A DNA stretch of 64,000 nt from Candidatus Bathyarchaeia archaeon (GCA_038883655.1 JAVZLQ010000003.1:64001-128000), one strand, 5' to 3'. Positions 50,687 through 60,988 are shown, numbered from the stretch's first letter. Translations and numbers: made by a program. The notes: a model not told the origin generated them from the letters alone.

Positions 50687-50804
50687 GCTTTTAAGCTTAT
50701 AGTCTCGTTTTGCTTTTTCTTTCATAAAATTTTCGTTACAATTTTGCCGTTTTTAGGCGCATGTTTATAACCAACAAGTGGTTTCCTTCATTTTCGAGTT
50801 TACG

Positions 50805-52595
50805 ATGACACGCGTAGCGGTGTTGGACGCTGACAAATGTAAACCGAAACGTTGCGGTAGATTATGCTATCGTTTCTGTCCAATCGTTAGAAGCCGCGTT
50901 GAAGCCATTAAATTTGATAACGAAAAGCCAGTAATTGTTGAGTCCCTATGCACTGGATGCGGAATATGCATAAAAAAGTGCCCTTTTAAGGCGATATCCA
51001 TAGTCAACCTTCCAGATGAGTTGGAAAAGGATTGCAGCCACCGCTTTGGAGAAAATACATTCAAACTTTATAGGCTGCCAACACCCTCTGAAGGTGTTGT
51101 TTTGGGATTGCTTGGACAGAACGGCATCGGCAAAACAACAACGCTAAAGATACTTTCTGGCGAGGTAAAACTTAACCTTGGAAGGTACGCTGAACCACCA
51201 GGCTGGGAAGAAATCATCACGCATTTTAGGGGTTCAACGCTTCAGGATTATTTTGCAAAGATGGCTGGTGGAAAACTCAAGGTTGTGCACAAACCGCAGT
51301 ATGTAGATAAAATTTCGAAGGTTGTTTCTGGCAATGTTGGAGAACTCCTAGAAAAAGTGGATGAAAGGGGAAAAATGACAAAATTAGCCGAGCAGCTTGA
51401 ACTGAAACCACTTTGGAACCGCCCACTTGAAGTTTTAAGCGGAGGCGAGCTTCAGCGGGTTGCTGTTGCCGCGGCAATCTGCCGAGAAGCAAACGTTTAC
51501 CTTTTCGACGAACCGTCAAGCTACTTGGATGTGAAGCAGAGGCTTGAGGTAGCCAAAGCAATAAGAAGTTTGAAAGACGATGGGAAAACAATAATTGTTG
51601 CAGAACATGACCTCGCCGTAATCGATTACCTTTCAGACCAAATATGCATATTTTATGGGGAGCCGGGCGTTTACGGCGTGGTTTCAAACGTTCACGGCGT
51701 ACGAGTGGGCATAAACATTTACTTGCAGGGTTATATTCCAGACGAGAATGTTCGCTTTAGAAAGGAATCGATAATTTTCCATGAGAAGCCGCCAACGGTG
51801 AGCTTCGGCGTCGGCGAAACAATGCTGAAATGGGATAGAATTGAAAAAACTTATGAGGGGTTTAGGCTCGTTGCTAATGCTGGCGAAGTAAAACGCGGAG
51901 AAATCATCGGTATTCTGGGGCCCAACGGTATAGGCAAGACAACATTCATTAAGATTCTCGCTGGAATCGAGGAGGCTGACGATGGCAAAAAGTTCGACAC
52001 GCTTAAAGTGAGTTATAAGCCGCAGTACATATCTGCCGAGTATGAAGGAACGGTCCAAGAACTTCTAATAAGCGTGGCAAAAGAGAATTTCAATTCAAGC
52101 TGGTACAGAACGGAGATAATTAATCCTTTAAAACTGGATTTCCTCTTTGACAGAAAAGTCAATGAACTAAGCGGAGGCGAACTACAGAAAGTAGCCATAG
52201 CAACATGTCTATCAAGGCAAGCGGAGCTTTACTTGCTTGATGAGCCAAGCGCATACTTAGATGTTGAAGAAAGGCTGAACATGGCTAGGGCGGTCCGCAG
52301 AGTCGTTGAAAACTACAACGCAACAGCCTTTGTAGTCGAGCATGACGTTGTTGCCCAAGACTTTATCGCAGACCGCCTAATGGTGTTCACAGGAGAACCG
52401 GGCGTTAGAGGCTTTGCAAATTCGCCGACAACTCTAAGAGACGGCATGAACACGTTCTTGAAGGAGATGGGCGTTACTTTCAGAAGAGACCCAGCGACTA
52501 GGAGACCAAGAGTTAACAAGGAAGGCTCGAAGCTTGACAAATTTCAAAAGGAGATCGGAGAATACTATTATGTTCGTTCGTTGGATAAAGAGTGA
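50805..52595 (+). CDS. rli1: Ribosome recycling ATPase ABCE1/Rli1
   Basis: N-terminal 2x[4Fe-4S] Cys motifs, two NBDs (GQNGIGKT, GPNGIGKT, LSGGELQ twice), TFRRDP..RPRVNK hinge. Confidence 0.96.
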   Translation: MTRVAVLDADKCKPKRCGRLCYRFCPIVRSRVEAIKFDNEKPVIVESLCTGCGICIKKCPFKAISIVNLPDELEKDCSHRFGENTFKLYRLPTPSEGVVLGLLGQNGIGKTTTLKILSGEVKLNLGRYAEPPGWEEIITHFRGSTLQDYFAKMAGGKLKVVHKPQYVDKISKVVSGNVGELLEKVDERGKMTKLAEQLELKPLWNRPLEVLSGGELQRVAVAAAICREANVYLFDEPSSYLDVKQRLEVAKAIRSLKDDGKTIIVAEHDLAVIDYLSDQICIFYGEPGVYGVVSNVHGVRVGINIYLQGYIPDENVRFRKESIIFHEKPPTVSFGVGETMLKWDRIEKTYEGFRLVANAGEVKRGEIIGILGPNGIGKTTFIKILAGIEEADDGKKFDTLKVSYKPQYISAEYEGTVQELLISVAKENFNSSWYRTEIINPLKLDFLFDRKVNELSGGELQKVAIATCLSRQAELYLLDEPSAYLDVEERLNMARAVRRVVENYNATAFVVEHDVVAQDFIADRLMVFTGEPGVRGFANSPTTLRDGMNTFLKEMGVTFRRDPATRRPRVNKEGSKLDKFQKEIGEYYYVRSLDKE

Positions 52596-52611
52596 ATGTG
52601 TGTGAAATTTT

Positions 52612-53034
52612 ATGGTTAAACTTGGGAAGGAAGAAAAGATGCTTCTGGAGGCTGCTGCAAAGGCGCTTTACAAGGCATATGTACTTTGGGGTTTCAGAGT
52701 TGGCGCCGCCGTGCTTGGAGAAGACGGCAAAATTTATGAGGGGTGCAACGTAGAAAGCTGGATTTCCGGGCTCGGTATATGTGCTGAAAGATGCGCCGTA
52801 AACCATGCAGTACTGCATGGAAATATGAGGATTAAGGCGGTGGCTTTGGTCATGGAAAAAGAGAACGGTGAAGACCCAAAGCCATGTGGTGCATGTCTAC
52901 AGTACATGGCGGATTTTGCTGAAAATTCCAAAATTAAAATTGTTATGGCAAAAGTGGAAAATGACAAAGTTCTATTTGAGACTGTTAAAGTAAAGACTCT
53001 TGAAGAGTTGCTGCCTTCCCCCTTCAAAAGATAG
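52612..53034 (+). CDS. cdd: Cytidine deaminase
   Basis: FRVGAA, GCNVE, CAERCA, PCGAC, ELLP. Confidence 0.85.
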   Translation: MVKLGKEEKMLLEAAAKALYKAYVLWGFRVGAAVLGEDGKIYEGCNVESWISGLGICAERCAVNHAVLHGNMRIKAVALVMEKENGEDPKPCGACLQYMADFAENSKIKIVMAKVENDKVLFETVKVKTLEELLPSPFKR

Positions 53035-53124
53035 TGAGAAACTCCTTTTGAGCGTAGTTAAATTAAAGTGTGGGCAAAACATTATCCTAAAAAAGCAGTA
53101 GAAAGAGCGTTGGTGAAGCTCAAC

Positions 53125-54651
53125 GTGGCTCAAGTAACCTTCGAAGAAATCAGCGCTTCAGACTTCTTCTACCGAAACAGGGACATAGCGGGCTTCACAA
53201 ACCCTTCGAGAGCCATATTTGCGGCAATAAGAGAACTTGTTGAAAACTCGCTTGACGCCGCCGAAAGCATAAAAGTGCCCCCAGAAGTTTACGTGCGACT
53301 ATCTTATGAAGGCGAAGCAAGCAAAGAAACCCAAATCTACAAACTACGCGTAGAAGACAACGGTACGGGCGTCCCGCCGAGACACATACCATCAGCCTTT
53401 GGACAAGTGCTCTTCGGCTCAAAATATAAGCTAAAACAGCAAAGAGGAACCTTCGGCTTAGGCGGAAAAATGGCAATACTATATGGACAGATCACCACGC
53501 ATCAGCCAGCGTGCATAATCTCAAGCACGGGCATGTCTAGGATTTACATGTATAAGCTTATGATCGACATCCAGCGAAACCGCCCAATAATAGTTGATAG
53601 GAAAGTTTTTTTGAACAAGGAGGGGTGGCGTGGAACAATCGTCGAATTTTGCCTTGAAGGTGACTATCTTAGGGCGATGCCTAAAATTTTGGATTATTTC
53701 AAGCAGACAGCCCTTGTCAACCCATATGCAAACCTAACTTTCGTAGACCCAAAAGGAAGGCTATACAAGTTCACAAGGGTCACAAAGGAAATGCCTGAAC
53801 CCCCAAAAGAAACGTTGCCGCACCCTTATGGCGTTGACGTTGAGCTTCTTCAAAGGCTTATACAAGTTACGCCTCACAAGAACATGCTTGACTTCTTGAA
53901 AAATCATTTCCACAGAGTTGGAGAAATAACCGCGCAAAAGTTTCTTGAATTCAGCAACATAAGCCCAACGAAAAACCCGAAGAAACTTTCACATGAAGAA
54001 ATAGTTAGGCTAATGCAGATGCTTAAAAAGTTTAAGGAGTTCCTTCCGCCAGATGCAAGTTGCCTATCGCCACTTGGCGAAGAACTATTGAAGATGGGAA
54101 TATTAAAGGAGTTAAAACCAGAATTTGTGGCGGTTCACCAGCGCAAGCCAGCAACATACGCTGGACACCCATTCATAGTCGAGGTTGGCATTGCTTATGG
54201 TGGAGAAATCCCAAAGAAGGGGAGCTTCATAATTTACCGTTTTGCCAACCGCATACCTCTGCTTTATGACGAAGCAAGCGACGTTTCAGTTAAAGTGATT
54301 AACGCAATGAACTGGCGCAGATACAAGGTCACACCTGACATGCCAATAGCCATACTCGTACACATTTGCAGCACAAAGGTTCCATACAAAACTGTTGGAA
54401 AAGAGTTTATCGCAGATAGACCAGAAGTGCGGAGAGAAGTTGCAAATGGACTCCGCGAAGTTGCCCGTCAACTTCAGCACTTCCTAACAAAGCGTGAACA
54501 CGTGGACAGACAGCGGAAACGCTTGGGAGTTTTCAGCAAATACCTTCCGAAAATAGCTGAGTTTTCAGCCAAGTTGGCGGGTAAGGATAAGCTCCCAGAT
54601 ATTGAGAAACTTTTAAGGAGTGTGGAAAAGTTTGGAGCAGAAGAAGTTTAA
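53125..54651 (+). CDS. top6B: DNA topoisomerase VI subunit B
   Basis: RELVENSLDA, VEDNGTG, QRGTFGLG, RFANRIPLLYD, STKVPYKT.GKE. Confidence 0.96.
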   Translation: MAQVTFEEISASDFFYRNRDIAGFTNPSRAIFAAIRELVENSLDAAESIKVPPEVYVRLSYEGEASKETQIYKLRVEDNGTGVPPRHIPSAFGQVLFGSKYKLKQQRGTFGLGGKMAILYGQITTHQPACIISSTGMSRIYMYKLMIDIQRNRPIIVDRKVFLNKEGWRGTIVEFCLEGDYLRAMPKILDYFKQTALVNPYANLTFVDPKGRLYKFTRVTKEMPEPPKETLPHPYGVDVELLQRLIQVTPHKNMLDFLKNHFHRVGEITAQKFLEFSNISPTKNPKKLSHEEIVRLMQMLKKFKEFLPPDASCLSPLGEELLKMGILKELKPEFVAVHQRKPATYAGHPFIVEVGIAYGGEIPKKGSFIIYRFANRIPLLYDEASDVSVKVINAMNWRRYKVTPDMPIAILVHICSTKVPYKTVGKEFIADRPEVRREVANGLREVARQLQHFLTKREHVDRQRKRLGVFSKYLPKIAEFSAKLAGKDKLPDIEKLLRSVEKFGAEEV

Positions 54652-55723
54652 AAGCAGCATAATGGAGAAAAGAAAAGAAGTTTTGGCAAGTTTACAGAAT
54701 TTTGGGTTGAAAATTTACAATCAGATGGATAGCGGACACTTTCCAACAGTGGACATGCCAAGTCGTTCAATAGAAAATATTTACTACGACCCAAACCTGA
54801 GGCAGTTCGTTCTTGGCGATAGGCGCATACGCAGAAGCACACGCAACATACGCCACATAAAACCCTTCACGCAACTCGTTTGGGCGGCAGCCTTCTCATA
54901 TGAGTTGACATCGCAAAGGAAAACCTCAACCTTGAGGGACGTTTACTATTCCGCGCAAGCCTATGAGATGACGTTCACAGACCAGCAAGAATCAAACAAC
55001 ATAATAACGGATTTGGAAACAGTCTTGGGATTTTCAAGAGAAGACTTCAACATTTTCCCAGAAGAACGTTCAGCAGTCTTCGGAGACCTAACAATAGAAT
55101 ACACCGTGCCAGGCTACGAGGGCAGAACACTAAACCTGACTTCGCACCCAGACGGCGTCCTTATCGGACCAGCCTTGACTTCCGCAGAGTTCGTTAAAAC
55201 AACAGCCGACAAAGTCATAGCCATAGAGAAAGGCGGCTTGTTCACGCGTTTCATAGAGGAAAACGTACACAAGAAGTTCAATGCGATACTTGTTTTGACT
55301 GCTGGACAAGCGCCGAGGGCTACAAGACATTTTATTAGGCGGTTAAACAGTGAGCTTAAACTCCCAGTTTACATTTTCACGGACGGCGACCCATGGGGAA
55401 TGCACATAGCCATGGTCATAATCTCCGGTTCTGCAAACGCCGCGCATCTACGCGAACTAAACACGCCAGACGCCAAGTGGAGCGGAGTTTGGGCGACTGA
55501 CATTGTTAATTATAAGTTGCCAACAGACCCGTTAGACGATGTGGACATGAAGAGGCTCTACGAGTTGCAGCGCGATCCGCGCTACAAGGACCCACTTTGG
55601 CAGAGGGAAATTAAAACTTTCATGAAAATTAAGCGGAAGGCGGAGCAAGAGGCTTTCAGTAGATACGGCTTAACATACATCGTTGACGAGTATTTGCCAG
55701 CAAAACTTGAGGAGACACGATAA
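54620..55723 (+). CDS. top6A: DNA topoisomerase VI subunit A
   Basis: STLRDVYY catalytic Tyr, IAIEK, FTDGDPWG, KAEQEA; start may be 54632 or 54662. Confidence 0.96.
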   Translation: MWKSLEQKKFKSSIMEKRKEVLASLQNFGLKIYNQMDSGHFPTVDMPSRSIENIYYDPNLRQFVLGDRRIRRSTRNIRHIKPFTQLVWAAAFSYELTSQRKTSTLRDVYYSAQAYEMTFTDQQESNNIITDLETVLGFSREDFNIFPEERSAVFGDLTIEYTVPGYEGRTLNLTSHPDGVLIGPALTSAEFVKTTADKVIAIEKGGLFTRFIEENVHKKFNAILVLTAGQAPRATRHFIRRLNSELKLPVYIFTDGDPWGMHIAMVIISGSANAAHLRELNTPDAKWSGVWATDIVNYKLPTDPLDDVDMKRLYELQRDPRYKDPLWQREIKTFMKIKRKAEQEAFSRYGLTYIVDEYLPAKLEETR

Positions 55724-55795
55724 GGCGAAAAGAGAAGTTTAAAATAACCGTTCATGTTTATGATGTAAAACATTCGTGAACTGGATGGTTAGGGC

Positions 55796-55996
55796 ATGAG
55801 TGAAGGGGGCGGTGGTTTCGGCTTAACCTTGGCTGAAAAGTTTTTCGGATTACTACTGCTTATTGTGGGTGGTCTCACAAGCTACTACACCTTCACAAGC
55901 ATTGGTGATTTGGGAAGCTACATTTGGCTTTTTGGCTTCTTATCAATTTTCATGCTTGCGCTTGGAATGTTTTTGATAACCGCCAAGACGGAGTGA
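55796..55996 (+). CDS. Small 2-TM hypothetical protein
   Basis: 66 aa, two hydrophobic helices, fills the intergenic gap. Confidence 0.6.
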   Translation: MSEGGGGFGLTLAEKFFGLLLLIVGGLTSYYTFTSIGDLGSYIWLFGFLSIFMLALGMFLITAKTE

Positions 55997-56002
55997 AAGC
56001 AT

Positions 56003-56320
56003 TTATTCTCTTTTTTCGACGACTATTTTACATTTTGTAACGAGTGCTGCTATTACGCCTAGGGCTGCAAGCCAAGGAGCCAAGACAGCGCCAATAACGC
56101 CAACTGTTGCCGGTATCTCCAGCAGCACGTTTCCCTTCTCGTCCTTGACTATTATCCGCGTAATGTTTCCTTCCCGTAGGAGCTGCTTCACCCTTTCGAT
56201 TAGGTCGTCTGCGGAAACCGAAAATTCTTCGCGGGTGATTTTTGCAGCTGGGGCGCCGCAGGCATAGCAGAATTTGTCTTCATCTTTCAGTTTTGCTCCA
56301 CATTTTGGGCAGTATGGCAA
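56003..56320 (-). CDS. Zinc-ribbon plus DUF4342-like protein
   Basis: YCPKCG...FCYACG; EEF.V....L...VK.L..EGN..RI.VK...LLEIP.TVG. Confidence 0.75.
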   Translation of the reverse strand: MPYCPKCGAKLKDEDKFCYACGAPAAKITREEFSVSADDLIERVKQLLREGNITRIIVKDEKGNVLLEIPATVGVIGAVLAPWLAALGVIAALVTKCKIVVEKRE

Positions 56321-56419
56321 TTTTTCACCACAAGCTTAGTGACGCGCAGAGGCTTAAAAGTGTTTATTAGGGTATGCAGCATTATTTTTGAAGGGCGTCA
56401 TGAAAAGAGGGCGTTTGCC

Positions 56420-58201
56420 GTGTCTATTCGTCAGCCAATAGTGTGTGTTCTTGGTCATGTGGATACTGGGAAGACTTTGCTTTTAGATAAAATTCGCAAA
56501 ACAAGCGTCCAAGCAAGGGAAGTTGGCGGAATCACACAGCATATCGGCGCTAGCTTCTTTCCAGTTGACACTCTTAAACAACTTATCGGTCCATTGCTGT
56601 CGATGGTTAAGGGCGAAATTGAAATTCCAGGTTTGCTCGTTATCGACACGCCTGGGCATGAGGCTTTTACGAACCTGCGTAAACGCGGCGGAAGCGTTGC
56701 TGACATCGCCATTCTCGTGATTGACGTGCTGCGTGGTTTTGAGGCGCAGACTTACGAGTGTATTGAAATTTTGAAGGCACGTAAGACGCCTTTTCTTGTT
56801 GCTGCTAACAAGATTGACCGCATTCCAGGGTGGAAGTCTCTTCCGGACACGCCTTTCATGAAGGCTTACCAGATGCAGGACCCTTACGTGCGCGAGGATT
56901 TGGATAACCGGCTTTATGATATTATTGGGGTTTTTTCGCGCCTAGGCTTTAGGGCAGACCGCTTTGACCGCATAAAGGATTTTACGAAGACTGTGGCTAT
57001 TGTGCCTACAAGCGCCAAGACTGGCGAGGGCATAACAGAACTTCTCATGGTTCTTGTTGGTTTAACGCAGCAGTACTTAAAGAAGCGCTTGCAGACAACC
57101 GAAGGACCAGCCAAAGGCACGGTTTTGGAAGTTAAGGAAGAACCCGGTCTTGGTTTGACACTTAACACCATTGTTTATGATGGCACTTTGCGTAAGGATG
57201 ATCTGGTTGTTGTTGGCGGTAAGGAAAAACCTATTGTTACGCGGATTAGGGCTATTTTGGTGCCTAAACCACTTGATGAAATTAGGGACCCGCGTGACCG
57301 TTTTTCCTCTGTGGATTCCGTTTCTGCAGCGGCTGGTGTAAAAATAGTCGCGCCTGATTTAGAAGGCGCATTAGCTGGGGCGCCTTTGTATGCTGTTGGT
57401 GAGGGCGAAAGCATCGACAAGTATGTTAGGGCTGTTTCTGAGGAGATTGAGCGTATAAGGATTGCTACCGACGTTGATGGCGTTATTCTGAAGGCTGACA
57501 CGCTGGGTTCTTTAGAGGCTATTGCCGAACATTTGAAGCGCAACAACGTGCCGATCCGGATGGCTGATGTTGGTGATGTTTCAAAGCGTGAGGTTACGGA
57601 GGCAGCCATTGTTAAGGAGCACCAGCCATTTTACGGGGCTATTTTAGCATTCAACGTTAAAGTTTTGCCAGATGCTGAAGAAGAAGCAAAAAATAAGGGC
57701 GTCCAGATCTTTCAAGAACGAATAATTTATCATTTGATAGATAATTATTTGTCTTGGCTTAAAGCTCAAACTGAAGCAAAAATTGAGCATGAATTTGCGA
57801 ATCTGGTTAAGCCAGCGAAGATCCGCATTTTGGAAGGCTATGTTTTCAGAAGGGCTAAACCAGCAATAGTAGGCGTCGAAGTACTAGCGGGAAAAATAAA
57901 GCCAAAACTTGCGCTTGTAAGGGCGGAAGACGGCGAGGAAATAGGCGAAATACTGCAAATTCAAGAGAAGGGACAAGCGCTTTCAGAAGCAAGCAAAGGC
58001 ATGCAAGTAGCCATAAGCCTAGACAAGCCAACAGTTGGAAGACACATATTCGAAAAAGACATATTATACGTGAAAGTCCCAGAACAACACGCTAGGGCTT
58101 TGCAAACAACATTCATGGACAAGCTGACAACAGAAGAGCAAGAAGCACTAAACGAGTACATAAACATAATAAAAAAGAAAACACCATATTGGACGGCATG
58201 A
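56420..58201 (+). CDS. infB: Translation initiation factor aIF5B (IF-2)
   Basis: RQPIV.VLGHVDTGKT, GGITQHIGAS, DTPGHE, NKID, KADTLGSLEA, FRRAKPAIVGV. Confidence 0.96.
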   Translation: MSIRQPIVCVLGHVDTGKTLLLDKIRKTSVQAREVGGITQHIGASFFPVDTLKQLIGPLLSMVKGEIEIPGLLVIDTPGHEAFTNLRKRGGSVADIAILVIDVLRGFEAQTYECIEILKARKTPFLVAANKIDRIPGWKSLPDTPFMKAYQMQDPYVREDLDNRLYDIIGVFSRLGFRADRFDRIKDFTKTVAIVPTSAKTGEGITELLMVLVGLTQQYLKKRLQTTEGPAKGTVLEVKEEPGLGLTLNTIVYDGTLRKDDLVVVGGKEKPIVTRIRAILVPKPLDEIRDPRDRFSSVDSVSAAAGVKIVAPDLEGALAGAPLYAVGEGESIDKYVRAVSEEIERIRIATDVDGVILKADTLGSLEAIAEHLKRNNVPIRMADVGDVSKREVTEAAIVKEHQPFYGAILAFNVKVLPDAEEEAKNKGVQIFQERIIYHLIDNYLSWLKAQTEAKIEHEFANLVKPAKIRILEGYVFRRAKPAIVGVEVLAGKIKPKLALVRAEDGEEIGEILQIQEKGQALSEASKGMQVAISLDKPTVGRHIFEKDILYVKVPEQHARALQTTFMDKLTTEEQEALNEYINIIKKKTPYWTA

Positions 58202-58239
58202 AACGTTAATAAGATTCTACGTCATTCATTGTTTTATAG

Positions 58240-58464
58240 GTGCCAACGATGAAAGTTAGTGTTACCATACACAAGGAAGGAGAATGGTATGTGGCTGTTG
58301 ACCCTGTTACTGGAGTAGCTAGCCAAGGCAAAACTATTGATGAAGCCTTAAAGAATTTTCAAGAAGCCTTTGAATTATGGTTTGAAAACGCAGAAGAATG
58401 GGAGAAAGAACGAGCAATAAAAGGCGAACCAGTCGCCACAATGGTTATTGAGATAAAAGTTTAG
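58240..58464 (+). CDS. hicB: HicB-family antitoxin (short, no DNA-binding domain)
   Basis: EGEWYVA..P..GVASQGKTIDEALKN.QEA.EL. Confidence 0.85.
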   Translation: MPTMKVSVTIHKEGEWYVAVDPVTGVASQGKTIDEALKNFQEAFELWFENAEEWEKERAIKGEPVATMVIEIKV

Positions 58465-58694
58465 CTTTTCTCAGTTAATTTAATGAATTCTTCTGGTGTT
58501 AGTCCAGCTTGAAATAAAATGCCTCTCAAAGTGCCAATGGCTATTTCTTCATGTTTGGGAACAACCACTGTCCGCTTTTTGTCTTTATAAGAACCTTTTA
58601 AAACTATGTGACTTCCCCTCTGCCTCACGACTTTAAAGCCAAGCTTATTCAATATTTTGATTATACTCTTATATGAATGTGGCTTAAGCTTCAA
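58461..58694 (-). CDS. hicA: HicA-family mRNA interferase toxin
   Basis: LGF...RQRGSH, VVPKH.EI..GTLRGIL.QAGL..EEF. Confidence 0.88.
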   Translation of the reverse strand: MKLKPHSYKSIIKILNKLGFKVVRQRGSHIVLKGSYKDKKRTVVVPKHEEIAIGTLRGILFQAGLTPEEFIKLTEKS

Positions 58695-58763
58695 TCAAAC
58701 CACATTCAAAAGACTAAATGTTTAGCAATAAAAGGCTTTACTAACTTTTTAATCAGCAGAGTA

Positions 58764-59876
58764 TCACGAAAGCAAATGCACATTTCCTATGCGTATGTTT
58801 TTTAGGTGTTTTTGGGCTGTTTTTTGGCATTCTGTGGCTTGTTTTCGTGTTGTTGTTGGCAAATCATTCATCACATAGCATGGATAGAAAGCCAAAAGCG
58901 TGTACGGAATATTCGGGTTTATTTGGCTTATGAACTGCGCTATTTTCTCCACTTCTTCCGCGTCTACGTAGCCTGGCACAAGCAGAGTGCTAGCCGTTAG
59001 TACTGGCAGTTCTTCGCGTTTGTGATAGTATTTTTCTCCTATTAGGCGAAAGTTCTCAAGTGAAGGCTTGTTGGATACGCCGCAGAGCGCAATTGATAGT
59101 TCTTCGCTATAGGCTTTTAAGTCAAATTTTATGTTCCCGCCACTTTCAAGCGCGTACTCCGCCGCCCTCTCAGCCAACTTCGGATTCATGTAGCCATTCG
59201 TTTCCCAGCAAACACGCAAAATACAATTTTCAGCTTTCGCCTTCTCCAAAGCCGAACGGCTTGTTTCAAGCGAATGAGGCATTTGAGGCGAAGGGTCGCC
59301 ACCAAAATAGCATATGCACGAAACATGCTTATCCACTTTAGAGGCTAACTCGGCAGCGCTCAAAACGGGCTTATGCTTAACAGACAAGCGACGATAATGC
59401 CAGTTCTGACAGTATAGGCAATCATAACTGCAAGCGCCGTAAAAAACAGCCAAATTCGAATAGCCATACTCTGCAGAAGGCTTATACGCATACCGTGGAT
59501 AACCAGCGCCAGTGCAGCCGGGACAAAACCACCAGCTAACGCAGTTGGTTGGCAAACCATCATAATACCACTCTAAAACGCCCTTCTCCGCTGTGCCGCC
59601 ATAACGCACCAAACGCCCACCAACATTCCAAACCAGACCGCAAAAACCGCACTTACCAACACCAATAACGCAGTTGTTGGCGCAAACACCACACGCAAGC
59701 CCATCAGAATCACGCGGCGGCTCAGCTGGCAAACCATAAAAAGCCCGACTTTCAGCATGCACACGTCTAGTAACTTCCAAAGCTTGCTGAGGCTTCTCCC
59801 TAATACATTTTAAACAGGCACCAATACCATCCGATATTGTGGGCGACTTCTCGCCGCAAACCTTGCATTTTCCCAT
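58764..59876 (-). CDS. Radical SAM protein (PFL-activase-like) with Cys-rich N-terminus
   Basis: CSYDCLYCQN, FGGDP, ETNG, FDLKA, additional CxxC clusters, IGNVHLL C-terminus. Confidence 0.85.
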   Translation of the reverse strand: MGKCKVCGEKSPTISDGIGACLKCIREKPQQALEVTRRVHAESRAFYGLPAEPPRDSDGLACGVCANNCVIGVGKCGFCGLVWNVGGRLVRYGGTAEKGVLEWYYDGLPTNCVSWWFCPGCTGAGYPRYAYKPSAEYGYSNLAVFYGACSYDCLYCQNWHYRRLSVKHKPVLSAAELASKVDKHVSCICYFGGDPSPQMPHSLETSRSALEKAKAENCILRVCWETNGYMNPKLAERAAEYALESGGNIKFDLKAYSEELSIALCGVSNKPSLENFRLIGEKYYHKREELPVLTASTLLVPGYVDAEEVEKIAQFISQINPNIPYTLLAFYPCYVMNDLPTTTRKQATECQKTAQKHLKNIRIGNVHLLS

Positions 59877-60019
59877 AACAAACTCAAAAATAACTAGAAT
59901 AAACAAGCCTAAAAACCTATAGAGGGTATCCAATTTAACAGCACAGAACTGCGCAAAATTGACACGGCAAAAATCTAGAGAGGTCTATCACTATTGCAAT
60001 GGAAAAACACCAAAAAATG

Positions 60020-60952
60020 TTACCTTTTCCCATGTGACGCCCCTCTTGCAAGGGCAACACGCTTACAGTAGGCGCAAACACCGGTAAGCGAAGGAAAACC
60101 ACAGTTTTTACATGGAACAAGCGTTGGCTTCTCCACGGCTTTCTCAAGCAAAGGCAAAAGCTTCAAAAAACTCCTCAACACCTGATGTCTAAAATAGGGG
60201 TTGTTCCGCGACAAAGAATCCAAAAGCGCAACGTTTTCACGTGTTCTGGTGCCCTTGGCAAATGGGCATTCAACCTCACGGAAAGGTATGTCAGTGTATA
60301 GGCAGTAGAGCAAATTCTCATTTTCAGGCGACTTGATTAGAGGCTTGACTTTAATCGTCAAGTTCGGCATGGAGGGCTGCAAAACGGGCTTAAGCCTCAC
60401 AAGTTGGCTCCACTGTCCAGAGAAGAAGTTGTTAAGCATAAAACCGGCAACATCATCCATGTTATGTCCAGTCGCCAAAACCTTGACGCCGGCCCTCTGC
60501 GCAAGCTCATCAAAAGCATGACGCTTAAGCGTACCACAAGCAGAACAAATCTTAGCCTTAAAAACGGTGCGCCTAAAATTCTCAACACTAATGCCTAACT
60601 CCTTTCTGAAATCAAAAACATGAAAATCAATACCCAAAATTTTCGCTAGTGCTTCAGCCTTTGCTTGGCAATGCTCAGAATAACAAGAAATCCCAAGGTT
60701 TACGTGAAGCGCAAAAAGCCTTAGACCCGGAAAGGCAAGTCGCAAACCATGCAAAAGTGCAGCACTGTCCTTTCCGCCGGAAACAGCAACGCCAACAGCT
60801 TCGCCTTCCTTAAACATGTCAAAATCTTCAACAACACGCCTCAAACGCCTAACAAAAAACTGCAAAAAACACTCGGGACACAAGCTTAACCTCGCATAAG
60901 GAATGTGCACCTCAGCCTTGCGCTCATGACACTTGCCGCAAGCCACTGGCAT
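60020..60952 (-). CDS. TtuA/NcsA/Ctu1-like tRNA 2-thiolation enzyme
   Basis: SGGKDS PP-loop, CSACG, TGHNMDD, KPL, CPF, N- and C-terminal Zn fingers. Confidence 0.85.
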   Translation of the reverse strand: MPVACGKCHERKAEVHIPYARLSLCPECFLQFFVRRLRRVVEDFDMFKEGEAVGVAVSGGKDSAALLHGLRLAFPGLRLFALHVNLGISCYSEHCQAKAEALAKILGIDFHVFDFRKELGISVENFRRTVFKAKICSACGTLKRHAFDELAQRAGVKVLATGHNMDDVAGFMLNNFFSGQWSQLVRLKPVLQPSMPNLTIKVKPLIKSPENENLLYCLYTDIPFREVECPFAKGTRTRENVALLDSLSRNNPYFRHQVLRSFLKLLPLLEKAVEKPTLVPCKNCGFPSLTGVCAYCKRVALARGASHGKR

Positions 60953-60988
60953 ATTCCCAATTTACACCCAAAACATTAACTTACAATG

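Noticed and set aside
55740-55790. Weak hairpin containing ATGATG upstream of the small membrane gene
   Set aside because: No matching CTGA D box; the pairing is AU-rich and overlaps the promoter.
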